DNA from: Lentisphaerae bacterium GWF2_38_69
Lineage (GTDB): Bacteria; Verrucomicrobiota; Lentisphaeria; Victivallales; GWF2-38-69
DNA length: 64,000 bases
Direction: 5' to 3'
Assembly (NCBI GenBank): GCA_001803205.1
Contig: MHBE01000028.1
Span: 24,929-88,928, forward strand
Shown: positions 44,217 to 55,300 of the stretch, piece after piece
Layout of the letters: every line of letters begins with the position of its first letter
Numbering within the stretch: the stretch's first letter is position 1
Made by a program: the position numbers and the translations under genes
The notes under the pieces: model-generated
Seen by the model: only the letters and a program-made list of their open reading frames with translations
Told to the model about the DNA's origin: nothing
Databases searched by the model: none

Positions 44217-45342
44217 TTACAAATGCTTTTAATGGTTTGAAATTACTGTCTACTATAAGAAGATCTGCTTTGTACCCTTTTTCAATTTTTCCTACATCTT
44301 TGAGTCCAAGTGAAGATGCCTGATTGTAAGAAGTAACTTTTATTATTTCAGATAGAGGAATACCTGTAATATCGTAAACATTCTTAAGGGATTGATAATA
44401 TTTAAGTGTACTGCCTGCAAGTGCGCCTGAAGCTGCTATTCTTGCCGCGCAGTTTTCTACGATTACATCAAGTCCCCCGAGTTTATAGTTGCCGTCTTTC
44501 AGCCAGGATGCTGACATTGAGTCTGTAATTAACATGATGTTATCCGCATGCCTTACTTTAAATGTCAGTTGAATCATATCAGGACAGACATGAATTGTAT
44601 CGCAGATAAGTTCAAGTTTTACATCGTCATCGATGAGGCCAGCTCCTACCAATCCTATTTCCCTGTGATGCAGCGGCGTTATCTGATTACAGTAATGTGT
44701 AATGTTTTTAAGTCCGTATTTTTTTGCTTTTTTAAAGTCTGCATAAATAGCAGAACTATGGGCGCAAGAAGGTACAATTCCCATCTTATTGAGTTCAGCG
44801 ATGAGTTCAGAAGCTCCTTCTACTTCGATTGCAAAAGATACGATTGCAACTTTTGAAACATTATGAAGATCTCTTACGAAATTAATGTCAGGCTTTTTAA
44901 TAAATTTGGGATTTTGCGCTCCTATAGCTTTTTGACTTATAAAAGGACCTTCGAGGTGCATTCCAGCTACTTTCGCAAAAGTCGTGTTTCTTTTATATTC
45001 TTCAACGCTTTCGCAGGCCTTTTTGAGGTCTTCAAAAGGAAGAGTAAGAGTTGTAGGGCAGAAAGTAGTTACGCCTTCTCTGAGCTTGGTTTCTGCAATT
45101 TTCTCAATTGATTCTACTTTGCCGTCAGTTACATCGCATCCCATTGCTCCGTGAGTGTGTATATCAATGAATCCGGGAAAAACAATATTTCGTTGAGCAT
45201 CAATTATTTCAGAACCAGTCGGTATCTCTGTAATGTTATTATGGAAAATATTTTCAATTATATCGTTTTTGATTTCCAAAGATCCATTAGCTATATCCAG
45301 GCCAGCTGAAACGATCCTGCAATTTGTTATAAAAGTGCTCAT
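44194..45342 (-). CDS. nagA: N-acetylglucosamine-6-phosphate deacetylase
   Basis: 382 aa amidohydrolase. FIDIHTHG and HLEGPFIS; GGAGG RBS. Confidence 0.9.
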   Translation of the reverse strand: MSTFITNCRIVSAGLDIANGSLEIKNDIIENIFHNNITEIPTGSEIIDAQRNIVFPGFIDIHTHGAMGCDVTDGKVESIEKIAETKLREGVTTFCPTTLTLPFEDLKKACESVEEYKRNTTFAKVAGMHLEGPFISQKAIGAQNPKFIKKPDINFVRDLHNVSKVAIVSFAIEVEGASELIAELNKMGIVPSCAHSSAIYADFKKAKKYGLKNITHYCNQITPLHHREIGLVGAGLIDDDVKLELICDTIHVCPDMIQLTFKVRHADNIMLITDSMSASWLKDGNYKLGGLDVIVENCAARIAASGALAGSTLKYYQSLKNVYDITGIPLSEIIKVTSYNQASSLGLKDVGKIEKGYKADLLIVDSNFKPLKAFVNGKKFIL

Positions 45343-45357
45343 AAGGCCTCCAGATAA

Positions 45358-45373
45358 GACAATTTGTCATTCA
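45358..45373. promoter_or_regulatory. palindromic operator-like site just upstream of the nagA RBS (divergent nag/uxaC region)
   Basis: GACAATTTGTC (45358-45368; GACAA-T-TTGTC). TTGTCATTCA (45364-45373) is identical to 12019-12028. Confidence 0.3.
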
Positions 45374-45454
45374 TAAAGAGAAATTAAGGCAATTATAGCA
45401 TAAAATAAGAAAACAACATTTTATAACAAAAATTAAAGATGCAAAAGGGAATAA

Positions 45455-46861
45455 ATGAAAGACTTTATGGATAAGAATTTTCTACTTGGTTCTAAAACTT
45501 CACGAGAACTTTTCAACGATTATGCTGCAGGTATGCCTATTTTTGATTATCACTGCCACTTGAACCCAAAAGAGATAGCTGAAGATCATAAATTTAAAAA
45601 CATAACTGAAATTTGGCTTAAAGGCGATCATTACAAATGGCGGCAGATGAGAATCAGCGGAGTTGAAGAAAAGTATATAACAGGTAATGCTTCCGATGAA
45701 GAAAAATTTATGAAATATGCTGAAATTCTGCCTTACTGCATGGGCAATCCTATTTACCATTGGACTCACCTTGAGCTTCAGCGGTACTTTGATATTCATA
45801 AACCTCTTACTTTAAAAACAGCTGAAGATATATATGAAAAATGTAATAAGTTATTAGGTAAAGACAGTTATTCATGCCGTGCAATAATAAAAAAATCAAA
45901 TGTCAAAGTAATTTGCACTACTGATGATCCGATTGATGATCTGGCTGCACATAAAGAAATACTTGGTCTAAAGGATTTTGAGACTGCTGTTGTGCCATCA
46001 TTCAGACCCGATAAGGGAATAAATATAGACAGAGTTGGTTTTACAGACTGGATCAGGCAACTTCAGGAAGTTTCAGGAATTCAGATTTCTTCCTATGACA
46101 AACTCATTCAAGCTCTTTCTTCAAGAGTAGACTTTTTCCATTCTCTTGGCTGCCGTGTCTCCGATCATGCGCTTGATACAGTCCCTTACGATGCAGCTCC
46201 AGAAAAGCATATTGCTGATGTTTTTGATATGGCTATGAACGCTTATCCTATCCCAAAAGAGGACATCGAAGCTTACAAGACTGATGTCCTTGTAAAACTT
46301 GCATCTATGTACAAGGCAAAAGGCTGGATAATGCAGTATCATATAGGGGTTATGAGAAATGTCAATTATCCAATGTTCAGTAAACTTGGCTCTGATACTG
46401 GTTTCGACGCTATAAATGATGACAATTTTGCCCCTCAATTGGCTTCGATTCTTAATGCAATTGAAATCGAATCCGGGTTGCCAAAAACAGTTCTCTATAC
46501 GATAAATTCTACAAAGAACGAAGTTTTAAGTTCACTTGTTGGGGCGTTTAGCTCTTCATTTCCAGGGAAAATCCAATTTGGCACAGCATGGTGGTTCAAT
46601 GACCATATAAGAGGTATGAAAGCTCAGATGAAGTCGCTTGCTGAACTTGGCGTACTGGGAAGATTTATAGGAATGCTTACTGATTCAAGAAGTTTTCTAT
46701 CCTATACAAGGCATGAGTATTTTAGAAGGATTCTCTGCAGTCTTATTGGAGGGTGGATTGAAAATGGAGAACTTCATGAAGATATAGAATTTTATGGAAA
46801 ACTCGTCAAGGGAATCTGTTTCAATAATGCCGCTGATTATTTCCCTATTGAATTTAAATAA
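45455..46861 (+). CDS. uxaC: glucuronate isomerase
   Basis: 468 aa. PIFDYHCHLNPKEIAED..ITEIWLKGDHYKWRQMRISGV. Confidence 0.92.
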   Translation: MKDFMDKNFLLGSKTSRELFNDYAAGMPIFDYHCHLNPKEIAEDHKFKNITEIWLKGDHYKWRQMRISGVEEKYITGNASDEEKFMKYAEILPYCMGNPIYHWTHLELQRYFDIHKPLTLKTAEDIYEKCNKLLGKDSYSCRAIIKKSNVKVICTTDDPIDDLAAHKEILGLKDFETAVVPSFRPDKGINIDRVGFTDWIRQLQEVSGIQISSYDKLIQALSSRVDFFHSLGCRVSDHALDTVPYDAAPEKHIADVFDMAMNAYPIPKEDIEAYKTDVLVKLASMYKAKGWIMQYHIGVMRNVNYPMFSKLGSDTGFDAINDDNFAPQLASILNAIEIESGLPKTVLYTINSTKNEVLSSLVGAFSSSFPGKIQFGTAWWFNDHIRGMKAQMKSLAELGVLGRFIGMLTDSRSFLSYTRHEYFRRILCSLIGGWIENGELHEDIEFYGKLVKGICFNNAADYFPIEFK

Positions 46862-46881
46862 GTAAAGTTTCAGAAAAAACT

Positions 46882-47376
46882 ATGAAGAAACTAAAAAATT
46901 TATGGGCGCCATGGCGCATAGAATATATTCTTTCGGCAAAAGATCAAGGATGCTTTTTATGCGACAGAAAACAATATAATTCAACGAAACCAGACGAAGA
47001 ATATATAATTTATAGAGGGAAAAATTCATTCGTCATGATTAATGCTTATCCTTATAACTCAGGTCACCTTCTTATTGCTCCTTACCTCCATACTGGAGAT
47101 ATAGAAACTTTGAACAAGGAAATTTTGTACGAAATTTCCGATTTGATGGTTCTTTCAAAACAGGTATTAGCTAAAGTTATGAAACCTGCCGGTTACAATG
47201 TCGGCTACAATTTCGGATCTGCAGCTGGAGCTGGATGTGAAGAACATCTTCACTTGCATATAGTTCCGCGCTGGATTGGAGATGTTAATTTTATGCCTGT
47301 AATTGGAGATATCAAGGTTATGCCTCAATCCCTCAGAGACACTGCAAAAATACTGCGTTCAGAATTCCCTGCATAA
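46882..47376 (+). CDS. HIT-family nucleotide hydrolase/transferase
   Basis: 164 aa. WAPWRIEYI..CFLC N-terminus and histidine triad HLHLHIVPR. Confidence 0.87.
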   Translation: MKKLKNLWAPWRIEYILSAKDQGCFLCDRKQYNSTKPDEEYIIYRGKNSFVMINAYPYNSGHLLIAPYLHTGDIETLNKEILYEISDLMVLSKQVLAKVMKPAGYNVGYNFGSAAGAGCEEHLHLHIVPRWIGDVNFMPVIGDIKVMPQSLRDTAKILRSEFPA

Positions 47377-47404
47377 AAATTTGCAAAAAATTGTTTTTAT
47401 AAAT

Positions 47405-47432
47405 TTGTATTAGAAAGACATAATGGTAAAAT
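47405..47432 (+). promoter_or_regulatory. candidate promoter of the tRNA-Leu/tRNA-Thr/tuf unit
   Basis: TTGTAT (47405-47410), 16 nt spacer, TGgTAAAAT (extended -10, hexamer 47427-47432), about 25 nt upstream of tRNA-Leu. Confidence 0.45.
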
Positions 47433-47457
47433 AGAAGTCCCTTTTGTTGATTAAGAC

Positions 47458-47542
47458 GCTCGGGTGGCGAAATTGGCAGACGCGCATGTTTGAGGGGCAT
47501 GTGGAGTAATCCGTGGGGGTTCAAGTCCCCCCTCGAGCACCA
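47458..47542 (+). tRNA. tRNA-Leu (anticodon GAG), type II with long variable arm, encoded CCA
   Basis: Hand-folded. Acceptor GCTCGGG/CTCGAGC; anticodon stem CATGT/GCATG with loop TTGAGGG; T arm GGGGG-TTCAAGT-CCCCC; 3' ACCA. Confidence 0.85.
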
Positions 47543-47613
47543 TATTCGATGGATAGGTAGTTGGTTGATAAGAATTGTTCGAGAGTCCGGAATCCGGACA
47601 GATAAGGACCGGC

Positions 47614-47689
<76 letters not shown>

Positions 47690-47761
47690 TTTTTTTATAT
47701 AGGCGTTAATAAACATTCATATATACAAAATTTCACAATAGCTAGGAGGAAATAGAGGATC

Positions 47762-48958
47762 ATGGCTAGAGAAAAATTTGAAAGAACTAAACCTCACGTG
47801 AATGTTGGCACAATTGGTCATGTTGACCATGGTAAGACAACTCTTACAGCCGCAATCACAATGACAATGGCAAAAAAATTCGGTGGCGAAGTAAAAGGTT
47901 ACGACCAAATTGATAGTGCCCCTGAAGAAAAAGCTCGTGGTATTACAATTAATACTGCGCATGTTGAATATCAGTCTGAAAAGCGTCATTACGCTCATGT
48001 AGACTGTCCCGGACATGCGGACTATATTAAGAACATGATAACAGGTGCAGCTCAGATGGACGGAGCGATTCTGGTAATTGCTGCTACGGATGGTCCAATG
48101 GCTCAGACTCGTGAACATATTCTACTTGCCCGTCAGGTAGGAGTGCCTGCTATTGTTGTATTTCTTAACAAAGTTGATCAGGTTGATGACCCTGAACTTA
48201 TAGACCTTGTAGAAATGGAAATTCGTGAGCTTTTGAGCAAATATGAATATCCTGGAGATGAAATTCCAATTATCAGGGGTTCAGGACTGAAGGCAATGGA
48301 AGCTCAGGGAGATTTAAACAATCCCGCTACAAAATGTATTCTTGACCTTATTGAAGCAGTTGACAAATATATCCCGGAACCTGTTCGCGCAATTGATCAG
48401 CCTTTCCTAATGCCAGTTGAAGATATATTTTCAATAGAAGGCCGTGGAACAGTTGTAACTGGTAGAGTAGAGCGTGGAGTTATCAAGGTTGGTGAAACTG
48501 TTGAAATAGTCGGGATCAGACCTACAGTTTCAACTGCAGTAACTGGTGTTGAAATGTTTCGTAAACTTCTTGATGAAGGAAGAGCCGGCGACAATATAGG
48601 CTGTCTTCTCAGGGGTACTAAAAAGGAAGAAGTTGAACGCGGTCAAGTTTTAGCAAAGCCAAAGTCAATTACTCCACACACTAAGTTCAAAGCTGAAATA
48701 TATGTGCTCTCAAAGGAAGAAGGCGGAAGACACACTCCATTCTTTACAAACTACAGACCACAGTTCTATTTCAGAACAACGGATGTAACCGGTATTGTAA
48801 GACTTCCTGAAGGCGTAGAAATGATTATGCCTGGTGATAACACATCAGTTGAAGTTGAACTTATTTCCCCAATAGCAATGGAAAAAACACTCCGCTTTGC
48901 TATCCGTGAAGGCGGCAGGACTGTTGCTTCAGGAAGAGTTACTGAAATTATACAGTAA
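47762..48958 (+). CDS. tuf: elongation factor Tu
   Basis: 398 aa. [30 protein letters not shown]. Confidence 0.98.
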   Translation: MAREKFERTKPHVNVGTIGHVDHGKTTLTAAITMTMAKKFGGEVKGYDQIDSAPEEKARGITINTAHVEYQSEKRHYAHVDCPGHADYIKNMITGAAQMDGAILVIAATDGPMAQTREHILLARQVGVPAIVVFLNKVDQVDDPELIDLVEMEIRELLSKYEYPGDEIPIIRGSGLKAMEAQGDLNNPATKCILDLIEAVDKYIPEPVRAIDQPFLMPVEDIFSIEGRGTVVTGRVERGVIKVGETVEIVGIRPTVSTAVTGVEMFRKLLDEGRAGDNIGCLLRGTKKEEVERGQVLAKPKSITPHTKFKAEIYVLSKEEGGRHTPFFTNYRPQFYFRTTDVTGIVRLPEGVEMIMPGDNTSVEVELISPIAMEKTLRFAIREGGRTVASGRVTEIIQ

Positions 48959-48977
48959 TTACATTAGCTAATTATCA

Positions 48978-49012
48978 TTTGTCCCTGTGCTCAAAAGAGC
49001 ATTAGGGACAAA
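48978..49012 (+). terminator. long imperfect hairpin between tuf and rpmG (weak terminator/processing signal)
   Basis: TTTGTCCCT (48978-48986) pairs with AGGGACAAA (49004-49012), with an inner TGCTC/GAGCA stem. No strong T-run. Confidence 0.3.
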
Positions 49013-49031
49013 TTACTTATGGTGAAATAGT

Positions 49032-49184
49032 ATGGCAAGAGAAATAATCACACTAGCTTGTACAGAATGCAAGAGAAGGAACTATTCTACTGTAAAGGAG
49101 AAAAAGAATACTCCTAATAGAATAGAAAGAAAAAAATTCTGTAAATTTGATAAAAAACACACTCTCCACAGAGAAACAAAGTAA
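49032..49184 (+). CDS. rpmG: 50S ribosomal protein L33
   Basis: 50 aa [50 protein letters not shown], translated by hand. Absent from the ORF track. Confidence 0.9.
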   Translation: MAREIITLACTECKRRNYSTVKEKKNTPNRIERKKFCKFDKKHTLHRETK

Positions 49185-49196
49185 AGGTTTAAATAC

Positions 49197-49272
49197 AGGT
49201 GGATAGCTCAGTTGGTAGAGCAGCGGTCTCCAAAACCGCAGGTCGCAGGTTCGAGCCCTGTTCCACCTGCCA
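49197..49272 (+). tRNA. tRNA-Trp (anticodon CCA), encoded CCA
   Basis: Acceptor AGGTGGA/TCCACCT; anticodon stem GCGGT/ACCGC with loop CTCCAAA; T loop TTCGAGC. Confidence 0.92.
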
Positions 49273-49284
49273 ATTAGTGATCTT

Positions 49285-49482
49285 ATGAATAATTTGTGGC
49301 CCAATATTAGAAAATTTGTAACTGGCACGATCGAAGAACTCGGCAAATGCTCATGGCCGAAAAGAGAAGAGCTTTACAGGACTACAATCATAGTGATTGT
49401 TGCTATCGCCTCTTTAGCTGTATTTGTTTCAGTTGTGGATTTTGTAAGTCAGAGAATCATCCGCATTCTAACTGGTTTTTAA
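49285..49482 (+). CDS. secE: preprotein translocase subunit SecE
   Basis: 65 aa, single C-terminal [23 protein letters not shown] motif. Canonical position before nusG. Confidence 0.87.
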   Translation: MNNLWPNIRKFVTGTIEELGKCSWPKREELYRTTIIVIVAIASLAVFVSVVDFVSQRIIRILTGF

Positions 49483-49501
49483 TTACTTTAAGGTTTATGA
49501 A

Positions 49502-50083
49502 ATGACTAATCCAGAAGAAAATATACAAGGTAAATGGTATGTTGTTCAGGCTCTTTCAGGCCACGAGAACAAAGCTAAGGAAAACCTCGAAAGGCAATTG
49601 AAGTTAGAAGGAAACAATATCCCTATCTATGAAGTATTAATTCCTACTGAAAAAGTTTCGGAAGTTAAGAAAGGCGAGAAGATCACATCTTCAAGGAAAT
49701 TTTTTCCTGGCTATCTTCTTATACGAATGGATCTCTATGACAAAGAGAACAAAGTTCGTGATGATGTATGGTATTTTGTTAGAGAAACAGCAGGAATTAT
49801 TGGCTTTATTGGTTGTGGATCTGACCGCAGACCAATGCCTTTAACTGACAGTGAAGTTAATAATCTGTTAAATCAGGTTCAGGAACGAAAAGACAATATA
49901 GTACATAAGAACCAGTATGAAGTAAATGAGTCTGTCAGAGTAAAAGATGGAGCATTTGAAAATTTCGAAGGTCTCATAACCGAAATTGATCAGGAAAGAG
50001 GGAAACTCAAAGTCCTTATTTCAATATTCGGCAGGAATACTCCAGTTGAATTGGAATTTTGGCAAGTTGAAAAGGAAGCATAG
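49502..50083 (+). CDS. nusG: transcription termination/antitermination factor NusG
   Basis: 193 aa. NGN domain ([18 protein letters not shown]) plus a C-terminal KOW domain ([15 protein letters not shown]). Confidence 0.93.
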   Translation: MTNPEENIQGKWYVVQALSGHENKAKENLERQLKLEGNNIPIYEVLIPTEKVSEVKKGEKITSSRKFFPGYLLIRMDLYDKENKVRDDVWYFVRETAGIIGFIGCGSDRRPMPLTDSEVNNLLNQVQERKDNIVHKNQYEVNESVRVKDGAFENFEGLITEIDQERGKLKVLISIFGRNTPVELEFWQVEKEA

Positions 50084-50166
50084 GAACGGACCTTTTGGCT
50101 TGTTTAAACAATAAAAATTTTGTGGTAGAAAATCCGTTCTTTCGCTCCCACATAATAAGGTAAAAT

Positions 50167-50595
50167 ATGGCAAAAAAAGTAACAGCGCAAATTAAGCTGC
50201 AGATTCCTGCAGGAGCTGCGAATCCTGCTCCTCCAGTAGGTCCGGCACTCGGACAAGCTGGCGTTAATATCATGGAATTCTGCAAGAAGTTCAATGCTGC
50301 TACTCAGTCTCAGGCAGGACTTATAATTCCTGTAGTGATAACTGTTTACCAGGACCGTTCGTTTACCTTTGTAACTAAATCTCCACCAGCTTCAGTCCTA
50401 TTGAAGAAAGCCGCAGGGCTGGCTTCAGGGGCTAAAACTACAGGTAAGGAAATTGTAGGAAAAGTTACAAAGAAACAGGTTATGGAAATAGCAAAGCTCA
50501 AGGAAAAGGATATGAATGCCAGAGACATGGAAGCAGCTGTTAAAGTAATCAAAGGAACCGCCAGAAGCATGGGAATCGAGGTGCAGGATGCATAG
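50167..50595 (+). CDS. rplK: 50S ribosomal protein L11
   Basis: 142 aa. [30 protein letters not shown]. Confidence 0.96.
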   Translation: MAKKVTAQIKLQIPAGAANPAPPVGPALGQAGVNIMEFCKKFNAATQSQAGLIIPVVITVYQDRSFTFVTKSPPASVLLKKAAGLASGAKTTGKEIVGKVTKKQVMEIAKLKEKDMNARDMEAAVKVIKGTARSMGIEVQDA

Positions 50596-51289
50596 AAGTA
50601 AATTATATCGTTCCCAGATTGAAAAAGTCGAACGGGCAAAGTTGTATGACCTTAAAGATGCGTTCACGCTTCTTAAGAGCCTTCCACATGTTAAATTCGA
50701 TGAAACAGTTGAGCTTGCCCTTAAACTGGGCATTGACACGAAGCAGTCTGATCAGACTGTCAGAGGTGCTGTGACTCTTCCAAGCGGAACAGGAAAAAAG
50801 GTAACGGTAGCTGTGGTAGCTTCCGGAGATGCTGCTGAAAAGGCAAAAGCTGCAGGAGCAGATTTTGTCGGATACGAAGATTTAATTGAGAAAATAAAAG
50901 GCGGCTGGCTTGAATTTGATTCGCTAATAACAACCCCTGGAGATATGCCAAAGTTAAGAGCTCTAGGTAAAGTACTAGGCCCTAAAGGATTAATGCCTAA
51001 TCCCAAAACCGGCACTGTCACAGACAATCTCGAAGGAGCAGTCAGAGAAGCTAAAGCAGGAAAAGTAGAATTCAGAGCAGATAAGGGCGGCGTAGCTCAT
51101 GTCCCTGTCGGAAAACTCTCTTTCACCATTGACCAGCTTGATGCTAACATAAGAGCTATTATTAATGCGATAACTTCCGCTAAACCTTCAGGAGCAAAAG
51201 GCACATATCTTATCTCTGCTACTATTTCTTCAACAATGAGTCCAGGCATTAAAATAAGCCTTAAAGACTTTATAAAAGTGGTGGCATAA
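50588..51289 (+). CDS. rplA: 50S ribosomal protein L1
   Basis: 233 aa. [27 protein letters not shown] overlaps the rplK end by 8 nt. Confidence 0.95.
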   Translation: MHRSKLYRSQIEKVERAKLYDLKDAFTLLKSLPHVKFDETVELALKLGIDTKQSDQTVRGAVTLPSGTGKKVTVAVVASGDAAEKAKAAGADFVGYEDLIEKIKGGWLEFDSLITTPGDMPKLRALGKVLGPKGLMPNPKTGTVTDNLEGAVREAKAGKVEFRADKGGVAHVPVGKLSFTIDQLDANIRAIINAITSAKPSGAKGTYLISATISSTMSPGIKISLKDFIKVVA

Positions 51290-51290
51290 T

Positions 51291-51818
51291 ATGAGAATTG
51301 AAAAAAAACAGATTGTAAGCCAGATAGGCAGCATATTGGTTGATGCTTCTTTCTTATATATGATAGCCTACAAAGGATTGAAGGTAAAAGATTTTGAACA
51401 GCTAAGAATACAACTTGAAAAGGCTGGCGCTTTTTGCCATGTATTTAAAAATACATACATTAGAAAAGCAGCTGAATTGAACAATCTTTCAGAACTTGCC
51501 AAAGTAAAACTTACAGGCGACACGGCTTTGGTTGGCGGTAAAGGTGACTGCAGCGCGATAGCAAAAATAATAAGTGAATTTATTAAGAAATTTAATGTGG
51601 TAGGAATCAAATGCGGCTACCTGGAAGGTTCTGTTCTTCAGGCTGCTGATGTAGATGCAATTTCAAAATTGCCTGCCAAAGAAATTCTTTATGCTCAGCT
51701 CCTCGGTGTTCTTCAGGCTCCTGCAAGAAATCTTGTTAGTGTGCTTAACGCTAAACTTGCAAGTCCTGTTTATGTTCTTAGCGCGTTTAAAGATAAGAAA
51801 GCTGAATCAGCTAGTTAA
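51291..51818 (+). CDS. rplJ: 50S ribosomal protein L10
   Basis: 175 aa. L10 position and pattern. ATG lies 1 nt after the rplA stop. Confidence 0.92.
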   Translation: MRIEKKQIVSQIGSILVDASFLYMIAYKGLKVKDFEQLRIQLEKAGAFCHVFKNTYIRKAAELNNLSELAKVKLTGDTALVGGKGDCSAIAKIISEFIKKFNVVGIKCGYLEGSVLQAADVDAISKLPAKEILYAQLLGVLQAPARNLVSVLNAKLASPVYVLSAFKDKKAESAS

Positions 51819-51869
51819 ACTAAATAAAATAAGTCAAAGTTAAAATAAAATCTCAAACGGAGGTCAATA

Positions 51870-52265
51870 ATGTCAGAAGTAAGCGTTACTCCTGAAATGG
51901 AAAAATTCATATCTTATGTAGAAAGCATGACAGTTCTCGAGCTTTCAAAGCTTGTTAAAGCTTTAGAAGAAAGACTCGGCGTTACAGCCGCAGCACCAGT
52001 AGCCTCAGCCGCAGCTCCTGTCGCAGCCGCACAGGCTGAAGCAGCTGAAGAACAGACTGAGTTTACAGTAGTTCTCAAATCTTTCGGAGAGAAGAAAATA
52101 GAAGTTATTAAGGTCGTAAGAGCTATTACAGGTCTTGGCCTTGCTGACGCAAAAGCTCTTGTAGAAGGTGCTCCAAAGAATGTTAAAGAAGGGGTATCTA
52201 AAGAAGAAGCAGCAAAACTTAAAAAGGAAATCGAAGCAGCTGGCGCAACAGTTGAACTTAAATAG
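51870..52265 (+). CDS. rplL: 50S ribosomal protein L7/L12
   Basis: 131 aa. Ala-rich hinge, C-terminal [41 protein letters not shown]. Confidence 0.96.
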   Translation: MSEVSVTPEMEKFISYVESMTVLELSKLVKALEERLGVTAAAPVASAAAPVAAAQAEAAEEQTEFTVVLKSFGEKKIEVIKVVRAITGLGLADAKALVEGAPKNVKEGVSKEEAAKLKKEIEAAGATVELK

Positions 52266-52290
52266 TTTCGCGAATTGAATAATTAGAAGC

Positions 52291-52325
52291 CGGGAAACGC
52301 GTGTGAATGCGTTTCCCGCTTTTTG
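52291..52325 (+). terminator. rplL-rpoB intercistronic hairpin plus T-run (attenuator/partial terminator)
   Basis: CGGGAAACGC (52291-52300) pairs with GCGTTTCCCG (52309-52318), then CTTTTT. Confidence 0.7.
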
Positions 52326-52393
52326 CCTTTAGGTAACGAAGGGTATTTTACCCTTATTTTAGTTGGTATAAACAGGAAATAACAAGGTGTGAT

Positions 52394-55300
52394 ATGGCAG
52401 AAAGAATAAATCTGGGAAAACTTCACGACATATTAGAGATTCCAAACCTGATTAACATACAGGTGCAATCCTACGAAGAATTTCTACAGAAAGACATTGC
52501 ACAGAAAGATATAAAATGCCAGGGTCTTAATGAAGTCCTCAGGGAAATCTTCCCTATTGAAAGTTACGATAAAAAGTGTGTGCTAGAGTACACTTCATAT
52601 ACAATTGGATCACCAAAAGTAAGTTTATTAGATTGCTTAAAAGACGGCGAATCTTACAGCTCACCGCTTAACATAGAATTTAGACTTGACAACAACGGAG
52701 AAATAAAGACTGAAACAGTTTATATGGGTGAAATACCTATTATGACTGATAAAGGTACATTTATCATAAACGGGGCTGAAAGAGTAATTATAAGCCAGCT
52801 TCACAGATCACCTGGTATTTGCTTTGAAAAGAAACAGCATACAAGCGGTAGGACATTATATTCTTACAGGATTATTCCGGATCGCGGATCATGGCTTGAA
52901 GTTCAGTTTGATATCAACGATAACATGTACATATATCTTGACAGAAAAAGAAGACGCAGGAAGTTTTTGGTTTCAACTCTTTTAAGAGCCGTTGGATATG
53001 AAACAAATAGAGAAATTATAAGTAACTTCTATGATATAAAGAAAGTTACTGTAGCTGCTTTATCTAAAGAAAATGATGTTTCTGTTTATTATACACTTGG
53101 AGAAATCATAGATGCCGATGGAGATGTAATCGTAGAACCATATGATTCTTTAACGGAACAGGCTGTAGCATCTTTGAAATCACAGAAAGTAAAAGATATT
53201 GAACTTATTCATATTCCTAACAAGGCTGATTATCTTTTAAAATGTCTTCAGAGAGATACTTCAACCACTAAGGAAGAAGCACTTAAAGAAATTTATAGAA
53301 GAATGAGACCAGGAGATCCTCCAAGCATTCAAAATGCGACACAACTGCTTGATAGACTTTTCTTTGATGTTAAGAGGTATGATATTGGGCTTGTAGGAAG
53401 ACACAAAATAAACAAACGGTTAAATTTGGAAGTTCCTAAAGATACCAGAACTCTTACAAAAGAAGATTTAATAGGATCCACAAAATATCTTATGAAACTT
53501 AGATGTTCTGGCGGAAAAGTTGACGATATAGATCATCTTGGAGCAAGAAGAATCAAGACAGTTGGAGAGCAGCTGCAGAATCAATGCCGTATCGGTTTAG
53601 TCAGAACTGAAAGACTCATTCGTGAAAGAATGACACTTCTTGGAATGAACGAATCAGTAATGACACCTGGAAAACTTGTTAATCCGAAGGCATTCGCTAG
53701 TGTAATCAGAGACTTTTTTGCACGAAATCAGCTTTCACAATTTATGGATCAGACAAATCCTCTCTCAGAACTTACAAATAAGAGAAGATTATCCGCTCTC
53801 GGACCAGGCGGCCTTAATAGAGAAAGAGCAGGTTTTGAAGTTCGAGATGTACATACAAGTCATTATGGCAGAGTCTGTCCTATTGAAACACCTGAAGGCC
53901 CTAATATCGGTCTTATTTCCTCAATGTCCCTTTATGCAAGAGTAAATGACTTTGGTTTTCTTGAAACACCATACAGAGTCGTGAAAGACTGCAAAGTCAC
54001 AAATGAAATCGTTTATCTGACCGCGGATGAGGAAGAGCAATATGTAATTGCTCAGGCCAATGCACAGCTGGACTCTGATAACAATTTAGAATCAAAAACT
54101 GTTAGAGCCAGATATCAGGGAGATCCTGTTGTTAGAGCCAAAGAAGATGTACAGCTTATGGATGTTTCACCGAAACAGCTCGTAAGTGCGGCAGCAGCTT
54201 TAATCCCATTCCTTGAACATGACGACGCGAACCGCGCTCTGATGGGATCAAACATGCAGAGACAGGCTGTTCCTCTGCTTACTACTGAAGCCCCAATTGT
54301 TGGAACGGGCTTAGAGAGCAGGGTTGCTGTAGATACAAAATCGGTAGTTTCAGCTATTGATGAAGGAATTGTAGCTGATGTTTCAGGAGACAGGATTATT
54401 ATCACAGCAGACGGAAAATCTATTGACAAAACTTCTAAGCCTGAAAAAGTACAAGAATATGAGCTCTTTAAATTCCTTAGGACTAATGCAGGAACAAGCA
54501 TTAATCAGAGGCCTTTGGTAAAATCGGGAATGCATATCAAAAAAGGCGATATTATTGCCGATGGAGCATCAACTTCAAATGGTGAACTTGGACTGGGAAA
54601 AAATCTTACAGTTGCTTTTATGTCATGGTGCGGATACAACTTTGAGGATGCGATTGTTATCAGTGAAAGAGTTGTAAAAGAAGATGTTTATACCAGTATT
54701 CATGTAACAGAATGTGAAACGATTGCAAGAGATACAAAACTAGGTCCAGAAGAAATAACAAGAGATATTCCCAATGTAAGCGAAGAGGCTTTGAAAAACT
54801 TAGGTCCGGACGGAGTGATCAGATTAGGTTCGGAAGTTAAGCCTGGCGATATTCTGGTCGGTAAAATTACGCCAAAATCAGAAACAGAACTTGCCCCCGA
54901 AGAAAGATTGCTTCGCGCTATCTTCGGTGAAAAGGCTGCAGATGTGAAGGATTCAAGTTTGATAGTAGGAAGCGGCAATACAGGCGTTGTTATGGATGTA
55001 AGAATCGAACATTCAAAAGATGCCAATAAAGCTGCTATGACAAAGACAGAACTCAGAAGACAGTGTAAGCATATTAAGGATAACGGAAAAGCTGAATACT
55101 CTGTTCTTACTGAAGAACTTGTAGCCGAGCTTACTGATATTATGCTCAAGGAAAAACTTACACATCCTATTTATGATACATCTTCATCAAAGAAAGATAT
55201 GATTCTGATATCTTCAAATAGAAGAGTTACGACAAGCGGTATTAATAAGCTTGCTAATAAGATCAGGTACTACAGAATGGAAGATTGTCCGATGAAGAAA

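Noticed and set aside
47585-47599. Palindrome GTCCGGAATCCGGAC, superficially like the SRP RNA GUCCGGAAGG element
   Set aside because: It is too short, lacks the rest of the 4.5S/SRP domain IV, and sits in a tRNA spacer. More likely a processing hairpin.
49053-49346. Minus-strand 97-aa ORF
   Set aside because: It spans rpmG, tRNA-Trp and the start of secE on the opposite strand, so it is an artefact.
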